64,000 nucleotides of DNA. Origin: Marsupella aquatica. Taxonomy: Eukaryota; Plantae; Marchantiophyta. Each line of letters opens with the position of its first letter. Position 1 is the stretch's first letter. Below are positions 1 through 12,889 of the stretch, in pieces. The notes under the pieces are model-generated. The model did no database searches and had not been told where the DNA came from. It saw nothing but the letters and a program-made list of their open reading frames with translations. The stretch spans positions 2,219,659 to 2,283,658 of the forward strand of contig OZ316895.1 of the NCBI GenBank assembly GCA_973895155.1, given 5' to 3'. The position numbers and the translations under genes are program-made.

Positions 1-947
1 ATTTCAATGAGTCTAATACAGTCAACTTTTCATCAACCATTGAGAGATCTGTTCAATGAGTCTAATAGAATCTACTTTCATTAAGCATTGAGACAACTAC
101 AAAATTCCAAAGATGAATGTCTTGTTTTCTCACATTTCAAAAACAAAAGTTTTGTTGCTGTCCTTCCCAATTGCAAAGTACATCCAAGTGTTTTGGCAAA
201 CATGGAGGTCCACCGGGGCTTCAATTTCCATGAAAGACACACTATTTTGTTTTCATGGCTAGGGGATGAGCGTTGATCTGATAGGTCCCACATTCAACCC
301 CCATCTCACAGGCTCTTTGGTCTTCCTGGGTTTTTATCTTGTTTTTACCTTATTGGGTCTCTTGCCTTTGGGATCATGTGGTCCCATTTGACACCTGTGG
401 TTTCCCTTGTATTAGTCCCTTTATTGGGGGTCTCATGCCTTGGTGATCTGGTTTCCTGGCTTGCCATTTTTTGTTCTTTGGCATTGTTATGTATACTGAG
501 ACACACCTGGTTTTCTTATTGTAGACTGAACTCACTAAGTGCACACTCTATAAGTGTAAACCCTGGTTTATTGCAAGGGAGGCCTTTCTCCTTTCTTCCC
601 TAGCAACTTGCATGTTTTTAAAGTGCACAATGGTTTCATTAGAAGATAATTTTCTAAAAGAACTCTCTATTAGAGTGTATAAAAACTTCTTAGGGTCGAA
701 TAAGTGAACTAGAGTGTTCCAACCTCTCGTCAGTAAGTGTTTGTGATTTTTCCATGGTGTATCAGGCTGCAATTAAGGAGTTTTGACAAAGGGCTTTTAG
801 TCTAACAAGGAACCTAAACCCTAAACCCAGAACTCTTATCAATAAGTGTTTGCAATGTTCTGGGAGTGTATATATTGCGCTTATGGAGTCTTGACATGGG
901 TGTTTTAGTTTTACGAATGAGCCTCCTTCCAAACATGTGAAGCCACA

Positions 948-1121
948 TGTGTCACAGTCCATGCGGTCAGTGTAACTTTTGGGTGTAAAGTGAAGCAATG
1001 TGTGTCACAGTTGATGCAGTCAGTGTAAATTTTGGGTGTGAAGTGAAGCAACGTGTGTCACAGTCCATGCGGTTAGTGTAAATTTTGGGTGTAAAGTGGA
1101 GCAACTTGTGTCACAGTCCAT
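948..1121. repeat. 53-bp tandem repeat, about 3.3 copies
   Basis: TGTGTCACAG recurs at 948, 1001, 1054 and 1107 with near-identical intervening sequence. Confidence 0.9.
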
Positions 1122-1757
1122 GGGGATGGGCAAAACAAACCCCTTGGTCCATCGGAGCTTAATTTTCAAACCCTAAACTTATCGATAAGTGCAAAAATCT
1201 TTAAACTTGCACTTATTGTGCAAACCATCTATAAGCGCATAACTGGGGAGTCCTGTGTGGAGTGTGCACTTATCGAGAGTTCACTTCAAGAGCGTCACAT
1301 CAGCTCTCGTTGAGCTCTGTTCTTCTCTCACAGCCTTTGCACCCATGTACAATAGCAGGTCGATGAGCTTTGTTGAAGCTCCGCACAGCAATCTGAGCTC
1401 GATGAAATAGGATTCCGCCTCGTTGAAGTGGTTCGCACCGAGGTCGAAGCCTTTTCTCAAGCTCCCGAAAAAAAAATTTAAGCGCGATCTTTCTGGGTTT
1501 CGTCTGCCGCTACATTAGGTTTAAGCGTTTTGTCAAACTGAGCATGGAAATATTAGCTCTACCAACACTCTGTCTGTGCGCGAGCTTTTCGAGCATTGAG
1601 AGTGATCTTTGAATTTCACGTACTGAAATTTCTGCAACAGTGGCTCCTGGAGCTCACTTGAATGTCTCTGCGGCAATCGGGACTACCGTTTATCATGGTT
1701 TAACAAGCAACTGACTGTGAGAAAGTGTGGCGGCGGTTTTTTACTATCGAAGGAAAA

Positions 1758-3188
1758 ATGGGAGGCAAGGCCAGAGAAAAGACTGCGAAGAGCTTTGAGG
1801 AGGAGGAGGAGGGCTTCCATAATTTTGAAGACTCTGGTGTGGAAGAGGATCTTTCGTCAGATGGAGAGTCAGATGAGGGTGGAGACGATGGACGTGACGA
1901 TGAAACTGGTATGGATGATTCTGGACGCCTTCGGCTTCGTGCAGATATTTCTCTGGAGGGAGAAGAGTATGCTGGCAAGAAAAGCAGCCGGAAGGCAATA
2001 CTCGAAGAAAGAGAAGAAGACGAGCTTGACCTGGAGGATGCGGACTTGAGCAAGAGACTACGAGTTGCTTACGGTGTGGGAAGTTCGGATGATGAGGACG
2101 ACGAGGAAAGAGCTGGCAAGAGGGATTTGATAGGCGGTGGCCAGGAAGATGAATTAGATGCTTTGAGTAGGGAGTATGCAAAACTCCGTGAAGAGGAAGA
2201 GAAAGGGCTTGAAATCCTCAAAGGGCAAGAGAGGGACAGTCAGCAGAAAGGGCAAGCTGTGCGAAATCAGAAGGCCTTATGGGATAGGTCTCTTGAGGTT
2301 CGCATTTCCTTGCAAAAGATTTTAGGTAGTGCTAATCGTCTTCCAAGGAAACAAGCAAAGCTAGATTTGTGCCAGGAAAATGAGCAGGTTAAGGAGGCCT
2401 ATGCGAAGCTTACAGATTCTGCTATCAGTGCGTTAGATTGCCTTCTAGATTTGGGAACGCTCTTGATTGAGAAGAATAGCGCGATCACTCAAAGTTACTC
2501 AAATACGCCAAATGGTAGCGGGAAAAGAGACGCATTAGGGGACGCCGGGGGAGAAAGTGTGTCAGATAAGGTATGGGAAAAATTGGATGGGTTGTATGCC
2601 ACAATTGTACCATATCGAGACAATTCTCTTGACAGATGGCAGCGCAAGACACAGATATATACAGGGGCTGTTGGTAAAGCGAGACTACGAGCATTTAATC
2701 AAAGCGTCTCACAGCAGGTTGCCACAACTATGAGAGATTCGTCTCGTCTTGTTGCCAGGATGAGATTAAAAAGAGATTCCGTCAATGTACTTGGCCAGCG
2801 AACGGAGCATCAGGTGAAGGAGGACTCGGTTGCCAACACGGTAGAAGATGTTGAACTTCTCCGGACTGGTAATGCTGTAGAGGAAGACGGGGATCCAGAG
2901 ACATTCGATGATTCGGAATTCTACCAGCAGTTACTGCGAGAATTCTTGGAGCAATCAGATCCCAGTGCTCTTGGTAGCATGGCCCTGTATGCCACTGGAC
3001 GGCAGCACAGTAAAAAACGAAAACAAGTGGATCGTCGTGCCTCTAAAGGACGAAAGCTTAGGTATAATGTATTTGAACCGCTTCGCAATTATATGGCCCC
3101 AAAGCCCATGGTGCTTCCTTCAATCGCAACGCAGCTTTTCAGCAATTTGTTCGGCCAGAACAGCAAAACTCCTAAGGCCATCTCGTGA
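1758..3188 (+). CDS. AATF: AATF/Bfr2 (Che-1/TRAUB) family nucleolar pre-rRNA processing protein, single coding exon
   Basis: First ATG at 1758 (the ORF track start at 1725 is GTG). Acidic N-terminus, KGQAVRNQKALWDRSLEVRISLQK (AATF N domain), FDDSEFYQQLLREFLE and VDRRASKGRKLRY...LFSNLFG (TRAUB C-terminal domain). Confidence 0.93.
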   Translation: MGGKAREKTAKSFEEEEEGFHNFEDSGVEEDLSSDGESDEGGDDGRDDETGMDDSGRLRLRADISLEGEEYAGKKSSRKAILEEREEDELDLEDADLSKRLRVAYGVGSSDDEDDEERAGKRDLIGGGQEDELDALSREYAKLREEEEKGLEILKGQERDSQQKGQAVRNQKALWDRSLEVRISLQKILGSANRLPRKQAKLDLCQENEQVKEAYAKLTDSAISALDCLLDLGTLLIEKNSAITQSYSNTPNGSGKRDALGDAGGESVSDKVWEKLDGLYATIVPYRDNSLDRWQRKTQIYTGAVGKARLRAFNQSVSQQVATTMRDSSRLVARMRLKRDSVNVLGQRTEHQVKEDSVANTVEDVELLRTGNAVEEDGDPETFDDSEFYQQLLREFLEQSDPSALGSMALYATGRQHSKKRKQVDRRASKGRKLRYNVFEPLRNYMAPKPMVLPSIATQLFSNLFGQNSKTPKAIS

Positions 3189-5986
3189 TTAGCTATTGCT
3201 CTTCCAAATGGTCTGTCCCGCTTTTAGGGTTACGACAGCGTCGTAAGGGCATATCAGCAGCCACATGTGTATGGTCCCCGTGAAGCCGCCTGAGAATTTT
3301 TGAGAGCAGATACTGAGACTTCCTTCACGTTAGGTCCCATTAATACCTAGCGTCGTGCCAGGGTCATGAAGGTTTACTCCATTTTCCTACTGAATCCTGG
3401 TGCCTAATTTGGAGGAGGATGTGTGAGGAAAAGTCCGCCAAAGTATACATTCCAGTTACTACGAAGGAAAATATCAGATATCAGTCTGGGTCGCGGATGG
3501 TTGCGTGGCATTGTAGCCCAGGCTACTGGAGAACGATGGGAAGTAAGAATATCCTTGTGAAGGGCATCTACTCCATTCATTGTTTGCATCTGTCCTAATC
3601 AATACGGACTTTTAGGCTCTATGCCAGTCACAGTCAATATATTAGCCAGCTCTACAGAATCTTTGCGGTGATAGGTTTTTACGCAGAAGGTATCAAGCGA
3701 TGTCATTTCGTTGCTTAAAAACTTTGCCTTGTCACTCACCAGAATCTCCTGAGCAATGGACAGTTTTAATCGAGTGTGAGCGCCCCTCTTCTATCCGAGG
3801 ACTGTTCATTTTGGGTATCTATCTGTCTGTGTTCTCTATAACACGTGGGTCTGAATTTTGAGCTGATTGACAACTTTTGTAATCTCTTGATGGTGGGCCG
3901 ATGTTCCTCACGAAAACTGTCTAGCATATCGCGACTGGTTTTGTTGAGCCAGCAAAATGGAATTGTCAACAGCAATGTTTTCTCCATTGGATGCGAGAGC
4001 ACAAAATGCGACTTTAGTCTCTTGAATAATAGTTTTGAGCCACATCTACTCAATTTCTGAACTTTTCTGAGGAGAATTCCTAATTTTGCCCAATTTACGA
4101 ACAAAAATTCCGTGAGTGGGCTTCACCGTACGCTGGGCTTCGGAAACTTTTGCTGGTCCCATGCAAGATCTCAAGTGAGTACCTGCTACTAACTTCGTTC
4201 TCGTTGTGAGTGTTACAAGCTCTTGTCTTGACCAAATACTTTGAATTTATCTCGTAAAAGTTGTACTAACCATAATTTGCATTAATATTGCGACATAGTT
4301 GACTGGAATTGCGAGAAAGGAAATCTGTTTGACCAGCACCCTTGCTTCACGTGGCCTCGTTCCTCTTTCTACATAGTTGAGTCGTTTGCCTAACCTTTTC
4401 TATAAGCCACCACGAGCTCACAGCAAGTTTCATCACATTTCTGCTCTGCTTTGCATCAAACGATTTTTTTGGGTTTTGATGCCTCCGTTCTTCCTTGTTC
4501 ATTAAGGTTTTATCACTTCACGGCCTTGAGCTCACCTTCAAAAACATAAACTGTTTCTCGCGGACACAAACCAACTTTTGGGTAGTAAGGACCAGCAGCA
4601 CAAATATAGAATTTGCGAAAATGTACTATGTGAGAATTAGATTTCCCCAATATCAAGAGTTATTCCGAACGAGCTTCGAGGACAAAATCTTGTTATGAAA
4701 AGTATTCAGTGTTAGTGTCTTTGCTCGGCTGCAAGGCTCCAGTTCACATATGCTCGACAGGAAGAGTTCACGAAGTTGTGCAATCGATGTCCTATTGCTA
4801 CATCCGATGTGACTGCACTTCTCGGAGAGCGGAAGAATATGTTATCACACGATTCTCGTTGGATACTGTGCGTGGCAGGAATCTAACCGCAGAACTCAGC
4901 CAATAGAACAGGCTGCGCATGGCGTACATACCACTGATACCAGGACAAATTTAACTCTAAAAAATGCCGCCAAAAAGTTCCTGTGGTCGTCATACAAAAT
5001 GGAAGAAGGTGGGAAAGATTTTGTACCGTGAGCCGTGAGAGTGGAGAAAAGTGTGGCATTGGGTGAATATTTTTCTAGAGAAGCATGGGAGCACGACATG
5101 CTTTTCGCACGACAATACAGCCGCAACGACAACATGATTGTAATGTAATTCAGACAACTGTGCAATGAGTTAGTTCTGCGTACAAAGCCGGACCCTAATT
5201 GCGGGTATTGAATCAAGCTCATTTCGAAGAAAATGTACTAGCACATTTGAGTTTTCTGTGGCACATGTACAAACTGAGATTCCTGTTACATCAAAATCTG
5301 TCGAGGTGATCTGCCTGACGGGCCCATGACAACATACCGAGGACAGCCCACAACCGATATTCGGCAATTCTAGTTTTATAATCAACTGTAGTGCACTAGC
5401 AGCAAGATCGATGTCGACCAAATGATCTCGATGAACCAATCTCCGACAATGAAACGTGGGTCGAATAATCCCGGGGCAGCAATCTCCAGGAATTGGACCT
5501 AAGCACAGGAATCGTAGCCGCTCTTAGGCTGAGTGCAACCCAGCTGTCTATACTGACTAAATTCCAACCTTGAGGGCTCTGAGCCGCTCCAAAGAGAGAC
5601 TGTACAAGCAGATCTCTCAAAGATACTCAGTTAGTGACAGGATGTGGACAATGCAATTTTTTCCCATTTGGACTGAAAGATTTGTTTACTTTGAGGATGG
5701 CTGGTGTGTCACAATCACTTTAGATGTCTCTACATGTACATTTAAGGGCGACCATTTACAGAGGACTCGAGTATGAGGGGAAGTCTTTCACAGGAGACAA
5801 AAAACAGGGACCTTAGTGATTTTTGTCTTCGTAATGTTGAGTGCATTATTGGACAAGAATGCACACTCAAGATCTGATGAGTTTCATTACGAAAGTTCTC
5901 TACTTTTACTAATATCAGAAAAATAAGAGCTTCCTAGTAAGTGTATTAAGTTCATGTTACCACTAATAATAGCCCCTCACAACTCG

Positions 5987-6220
5987 AGCTCTTGTTTTTC
6001 AGGGCATGATAGCCCACAGTGCCCTGTAAATAAGGCCTTGTTTTATACTTAAAGGTGACTTTATGAATGAAACAGACTTACTACTAAGGGAGAGGTACCT
6101 TATCCCTGGCAATTCCTCTTAGTCAGAAGATGCTCCGGCGACTCTATATGCAAACCTTATGCATATAGTAAGTGCTGTTCAAGAGCAATGTGGGCCATAA
6201 CACCCCAAAAAACAAGAGCT
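5987..6220. mobile_element. MITE-like element with ~36-bp imperfect terminal inverted repeats
   Basis: AGCTCTTGTTTTTCAGGGCATGATAGCCCACAGTGC at 5987 matches the reverse complement of GCAATGTGGGCCATAACACCCCAAAAAACAAGAGCT ending at 6220. No coding capacity. Confidence 0.6.
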
Positions 6221-7045
6221 AAGCTCCATTGACTCAAAATTAAATTTGACAGTGCCATTGACTCAAAATTACATTGCTACAGAGAAATGTTCGTTGGGAG
6301 ATGACTAGTAAATTTAGAAAGAGTTGGTTCCCTTTGCTCTGGATATTGGGGTGTAGCAGTAAACATGAAAGCCCTCCCTAAAGACAATTGAAAACTATCA
6401 GATACAAATGATAAAGTGGGCAACAATTACAACATTTTATGACTGGATCTGAAAATCTCACCAAAGATCATTGATTACAATGTCAAGGGGAGACTCTAAG
6501 CCTGAACTCACCTTAGCTTGAGCCCATTCTCAAAGACATGAAACCTAATGGACTGACTACCTTCAGTACTGGAAGGAGTATCAGGTGGACCTGGTGTCCT
6601 TCCCGTTTCAGGTCCATTCCGCTTAATGAAAATTAATTGCGGGGATTTGTCATACTTGGAGGTCCATCTGGGGTTCAGTTTCCACCAACTTAACCAAATA
6701 AAAAATATGGTGATTTTTTTAATGACCAACCGGAAGACACCTACAGTACATGCTTACCTTTAAATAAAAACTCAAGCATGAACGTGACTGACTGTCGAGT
6801 AGCCCGTAGCCGTCAGAAAACAAGTCGCCGGAGACTGCGCAGTCGGCGGAACTGCGGAAGAAGGACGCCAAGGTAGAGCCAATTGGACAGACTGTAGTCG
6901 GAGACATTTGTTCCTCTGGGTGAATAATAATCCTGTCGAGTCGATGGCGTTGGACGCACTCCCCCGGACAGCAATGCTTCGATTATTTCCCTCGGCGCTG
7001 CGTCCAACGATAATTAGGAGCAGCCCACCCAGTTCTCGACTTGGT

Positions 7046-7089
7046 AAACCCATAAGTGAAGCAAACGGATCTCGCTAGAGGTGGTATAA
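7046..7089 (+). promoter_or_regulatory. snRNA promoter: USE-like element and TATA box
   Basis: AAACCCATAA at 7046-7055 (about -65) and TATAA at 7085 (-30) relative to U1 +1 at 7115. This resembles the plant USE+TATA arrangement, but the USE differs from the angiosperm RTCCCACATCG. Confidence 0.55.
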
Positions 7090-7114
7090 GTCACGGGGAC
7101 GAAGATGGTGAGTC

Positions 7115-7273
7115 ATACTTACCTGGGCGGGATCTATCCCTGATCCGGAAGGGGGATGGTCTAGGATCAGTCCTTTCATTGCACTACGATTGGGCCAGTC
7201 CTAGCATTTCCCTAAGGGGAAAATGCACGTCATAATTTGTGTTAGAGGGAGCTCGCGTCCGCGCGGCCCCCAC
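7115..7273 (+). ncRNA. U1: U1 spliceosomal snRNA (divergent variant)
   Basis: 5' ATACTTACCTGG, SL1 loop GATCCGGAAG, SL2 loop ATTGCAC (U1A site), SL3 GCATTTCCC/GGGAAAATGC, Sm site AATTTGTG at 7234, and terminal GC-rich SL4 with a TCCG loop. Confidence 0.95.
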
Positions 7274-7670
7274 CATTGAAACCCTAACCAGCAATGTACG
7301 ATTAACGCACGTTGGCCATACACTAACCCATGAAATTGACATACCTACTTTGGTAGCATGTGAAAGAAGCTGGTATTGGAAATTTTTACATCGTAACTTC
7401 AGTGGCTTGAATACTGTATAGCTTCTGCATGGTACAAAACACTCGCAGCTGCCTTACCTAGGGTTTTTGTAAAATTTAATTTTGTTGAGATTTTCTTTGG
7501 AGGGATGGACACAAAGGTTTGGTCAAGGTAACTCTAGGTAGACACATACCACAAGTGTAGAGGGGAAAGGGAAAGAAAGGTGTGGGAGAATTCTATGGAA
7601 GGCATTTGTAGGAGTCAAATCTCATTTGTGTACTGACTCTTTGTTTCAGTTCTTAGTACCATTGGAGGTC

Positions 7671-7945
7671 TTTTAAAAAGTTTTTTCAGATGGCACCTGG
7701 AGGTACTCTAAAAAGTCATAAAAGCGTCTGAAATGCTTGAAATCTTTCCTTGATTGACTCATTTTAAAAAGTTCTTTCAGATGGCACCTGGAGGTACTCT
7801 AAAAAGTTATAAAAGCGTCTGAAATGCTTGAAATCTTTACTTGATTGACTCATTTTAAAAAGTTCTTTCAGATGGCACCTGGAGGTACTCTAAAAAGTTA
7901 TAAAAGCGTCTGAAATGCTTGAAATCTTTACTTGATTGACTCATT
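7671..7945. repeat. 91-bp tandem repeat, 3 copies
   Basis: GATGGCACCTGGAGGTACTC at 7689, 7780 and 7871. Units are almost identical. Confidence 0.93.
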
Positions 7946-8399
7946 TTTGTAGTTTAGAAACTTGGATAAGATCCTTTTGGGCAAAATTTTGCCCGTCTCA
8001 CAATTCCTCTATTCAGATCTGCATAACAAATTTGATGTGTCTGAATGATTAGGCACAAAGCCCATGTTACTTCACGAGCATAACTGTCTGGCTTTAGAGG
8101 TGAAGGGGTGAGCACCAAGTCTCAAAGCTCAATGACGTGGTGCTCACCCCTTGCCACTGGAGTGGACTACTAGGCCCAACTGAGGTGGTTCCCTACACCT
8201 CTATTGAGTTTATGGGGTTCTTCAAAGCAAAAACACTCAACCTTTTTTCTGTGAAAGGTCGCAGACTACCAACAACGTGTTCCAGGGAATCCACCCCAAA
8301 CACCAGAGGGGTACCTTGTTGGGTCTCCTAGCTTTGGGATCCTAAGAAGTCTCTAGGTATACAGACTTCCATTGCTAGAAAAAGAGCTTCTCTTCTCCA

Positions 8400-9900
8400 A
8401 GGTCAACCCATGCCAGCCATTCTTTCCTTATTGGGTCCCACTTCATCTCGCATTGTCTTTAACATAACTTTCCATATTTTGGACGTTCTTATAGCATCTC
8501 CAATGGTTAAGTTAACTTGGTTAAAGGACCAAACGCAGTAACTGAGAGCCTTTTGGGCAAGCACATCAGGCTAACTCAAACGGCAATGAGCCAACAAGGT
8601 TTGTGAGTATGAAAATGCTATACTGCCGCTCATATTGAATGTTGATGGGAGAACTTTGGCTTCAACAAGGTTATTCAAGACTGAAACCAAGGGGTCTTGC
8701 GGAGGCAGAGCTTTGTGCAGGAAGGAGCTCCGTGCTGGAAGGAGAAAATGCAAGCTGAAACCTTTCCTGCTTCAAGCTTGGGAAAGGTTCTACAAATATT
8801 GAAATTGAACATAGCAGGAAGCACAGTTTCAAGCATGCACGCTTTCACCACACAAACATTTTGTCAGGCTTGTGCTCTCTCTGTCAATTCCCAGCTCTTG
8901 CTTTCTCGAATGCCTCCATTGGACTTCCCTGCCAAGAGAAAAGGGAAAGCAGGCCAATTTCTCCAACATTGAGATTGAGCAGGTTGCAAAGTCTTGACTT
9001 GTGTGCAGCAATAGCTCATATGTGGGAGTTCAGAAGAAGTCTGATGTGTATTGGAGCAAGATTGAGGCACTTTCACAAGCACTGACTAATTTCAGGAAGA
9101 AGTGCCCAAGTGTATTGAAGAATGTTCAAGGACCTATTTGCTCTCAGGCTCCAATTGAGTGAAATCAATCAAAGTTATGGGTAGAAAAGAATTTGGAAAA
9201 ACTTTTTTCTTGTTTGAAGGTGTTTATTACCCAAAAGCATTGCACATGATATGAGACCCCCTTACAGCGAGGCCCCCAGGATAAGAGGTTCTGTCCAGCT
9301 CCAATTGGGTCTCGGCATGTCCCTATCCACTAGAAATTGTGCTTTCAATGGCAAGATGCCAAGTCCAGATCACAAAGTAGGGCAAACTTGTGAACAACGA
9401 TGCATGCTCATAATTATATAGACAAGAGGTCAACAAACATATGTCCAAAGGGCAATGTGGTGTGAGCTTGCTGATTGCCATGCTGGAGTGGACCTTTAAG
9501 AAGAGAGGGGGCGAAATCATCACAAGTAACCACATGCCTGCTGGAAAGTGGGAATTCTGTCCACTTGTTATGGCATACACAAATATTCCGTAAGTGGCAG
9601 GGTTGCCCTTTGACAAACCCCATAAAGGCCTTAGCGCATCCTAAAAAGGCAGAAAAGGTGCACTATATTTCATGTATAGCATAACAAAATGGTGTAACTG
9701 TTGGAGATACTCTTACTCTGGAAGAGTCACTCATATATACTGGAGCATCTACTCCATTGAGCTGCGTCCTCAAACATCCATTGCTGGCCGGAAAATGAGT
9801 GATTGTCAACATATTCCATCCTCCAAACCATACTCCACCGCATTCCATACTCCATTATTGTTGACTTCAAGCTTGACATTAGATCATTAGACATAAAAAT
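8400..9900 (-). mobile_element. Decayed CACTA (En/Spm) Tnp2-like transposase relic
   Basis: Minus-strand fragments across frameshifts, in the expected order: SLFTSLPYF (cf. SIFWELPYW), VKVPQSCSN (cf. VKVPDGYSSN), CMLETVLP (cf. CxLExxFP) and SGSIAFSY (cf. EGSIAEGY). Boundaries are approximate. Confidence 0.5.
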
Positions 9901-12889
9901 GATTGTATAATGAAAACATATCACATGGATATACATAAAGTCGCCCACAATGGTCTCCAATCATTCTGAAAATTGTGAAGTGTCCAACTTTGTGAGGGAA
10001 AACCCTCCAGCAATTCTGATCATTCTGAAAATTGTAAAATGTCCAATTTATCGAGGAACTGATGCAAAAGAAGGATTTTTAGGGTGTGATCCATTGTGGA
10101 CCACCCATCTGTACCGTATCTGTTTCTTATATATGGCTGCGTCATGATGGAATTTAACCAAAAACCATGAGTGTGAGTAGCTTGGATATTGTTAATCTCT
10201 TATATAAGAATATTAAAATAAGTTTGTTTGCCCTCTCTTATCCAGCACCTCAGTATATGTCATTTGTTATCTTGGTACAAATATCTGTTTGTATCCGTCT
10301 CACACTTTTGTTGTAGGTTGCACCTGTGGATGTCCTTTATCCCCTTGGGTAGAAATTCAAATGGGACCATATTGTATTGAAGTGGAGAGAGGTTCTCTAG
10401 GACCCTTATCTGTAGCCATTCTGGTTCCCTTGGTCTCCTTGTGGGCTAAAATGCAAATGGCTTAATATAAGCACGTACACAATCATTTTTTTCCATATTC
10501 TGCATGGAAATTTAGAAGAGTTCAGACAATGCAAAATCTGTACATTGCTGATCATCTTTCTTTCGCCTCCTTATTTGCTCTCCTTATTCGCTTCCCTCTT
10601 GCCCTGCGTCCACATTTACCACTGCAGAATTATGCTATAGAACTTGTTCCTTCAGTGTCATTTTTGGACACTGCTGTATGGTGCATGCATCTGACCTGCT
10701 TAGAATGCTCAATTGTTTTAGTGATAATTGAAGTTTGATTCATTTTACAAGGGCCTGTATTCCTTATTTTTCTCCATTCAGAGACCCCCTTTAATTTCTT
10801 TGAGACATTCAATTTTTTACAAGATTCAATCACCCCCTAAAATTCCCAACTAAAATTTCTATCCACTTATTTTGCAGTGGGAAAGTCTTTCAAAATGTTC
10901 TATCTGTTAAAATTAAAAGCACAATTGCTCTGAACCAAAGATCTTCTGTTTCCACACCAGACTCCTAAGGGATAGATTATAAGTATCTTAATCTTACTAT
11001 AAAAACGCCAACTGAAATCTATTTTTAAGAGCCTAGGTCTAGAGTGAAGCATCTAGACCATAACTCCATGGCCATCATGTGCATGGAAAAACTCATGTGC
11101 ATGTGAAAAACTAGTGACTAGGATGTATATCAACTGGTACATGAATTTTTTTGGTGATAATTTTAAAGTATTTACATTCAAAAAAGGGCACTATGGCCCC
11201 ACCACAACATATGTGCATAGAAAGAAAGACGTGCATAGAAAGGAGAATGATATATTATATATGATGATTAAAAATGATGGGTTTTTATCATTTCATTTAG
11301 CTTCAAACACTGAATAGAGAATATATTTTGGTAACATTTTTTATTGTCCTTTTTGCTATTCACATTCAAAGAACGTGTAGTCGGGGCTAGTGAGTACAAA
11401 AACTCTTCATAATAACTACTGTAGCCAGTCTACTTTGTACTTTAGATTCCAAATTGTTCACCACATTTACTGTTACTTACACTACTTAAGGTTGAAGGTT
11501 TTTTTGGAGCTCGAATTTGGATTAATCTTACTCTCAACCCAAGCTCACACTATTAGCACACATAGAAAACAGAGTTACATGCAACTAAAAGGGAGATATT
11601 GGCATCAATTTTTGCTTTGGTTTTTAGCAATATGTGGAGATAGCATGCTTAGAAGAAAGGTGAGTTGTGGTGAGGCTGGGCTCATACATAAGCCATGGTT
11701 AGCATAACCTTTTTCCTCTGGGACAACCACAATATCTTTTAGTGTGCATTTCAAATATTTAACACTTTGTGGAATCTACAATGAGCATTAAAATTAATAA
11801 TCAAGCATTAAAAATACAAAACAAAACATCAATAAGCATTCCCTAGGCTCTGTTTTCAATTCCACCCAAATTAGTGTTACTAATGCTTATTTAGAAGTAA
11901 CATTAATTTTCTGCTCATACCAAGAGCTGTCTTGCATTATGTGGCCCTTCAATTTTCAGCCCTAAACTACATTGTGGGAGCCTATTACTTAAGGAGAAAA
12001 CCGTGCCTGAAACTCCCATCTACTGGGCTCCATGGTTTCCTATGTGGGAAACCGAGGCCACTGCCACAAACTTTCTGGCCCTTGTATCTCTGACCTTTCA
12101 AAAGCAAAGACAAGACAGTCGTGTACTACTACGTGAGGCTTTACCCTGGAAATGTTTTAGGGGCAGCTACATGCAAGATAGCTCAAAGTACTGCTGGAAA
12201 ACAAGGGGCAATCCTCAACTTTTCTGCATTTATCTTTTGCCTATGTTGGTAAAGTATTTGGTTTGCTGATTAGGGTAACAAAGTAAACAATTTGTCTAAC
12301 AACGAATCCCAAAATTGCCCGTATATGGTAAAGTGTCTGGTTTATTTGTGGCTTACAACAACAGGAGAACTTTGTCTACATGAATCCCCCATTCAACCAA
12401 ATGGGAATCTCCCCCTCTTTCCCCATCTGACAGCCCAAACGTAAAGAATGCTCCAAAGTTGCTCACATCTGGCCACGAACTAAATTTTGATTCTCGAAAG
12501 CCAGAGCATTAATGAAGCCGGCAAGAAATGAAGCATAGTTAACTCTCTCTAAGTGCACGCTCTTGGGAAGATAATACAACATGCACTAAACCAGTGTTGC
12601 ATTCCTTGATAAGCGCTCCCCCCTCAAAAGTACACTTAACGATAAGTGGAGCTTGATTCAGATTGCTTTGTAGAACCTAGAGCCCCTCCGTAGTGAGTAG
12701 TCACCCTGGTACTTCATATCCCTGCCCTAATTCTGTGCCCACCTTCTTTAAGTGCATTATATACTCTACTAAGAATGGGCATGCATTTATATATTTCAGG
12801 ATTTTGTGCATTTACCGATAAGAGCATAAAGACACTTATCAAGGGTAAGCATTTATAAAGTTGTCATTTAGCAAAATGAGTATAGCCCA

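Noticed and set aside
3400-5780. Short ORFs downstream of AATF
   Set aside because: No recognisable motifs or coherent splice model.
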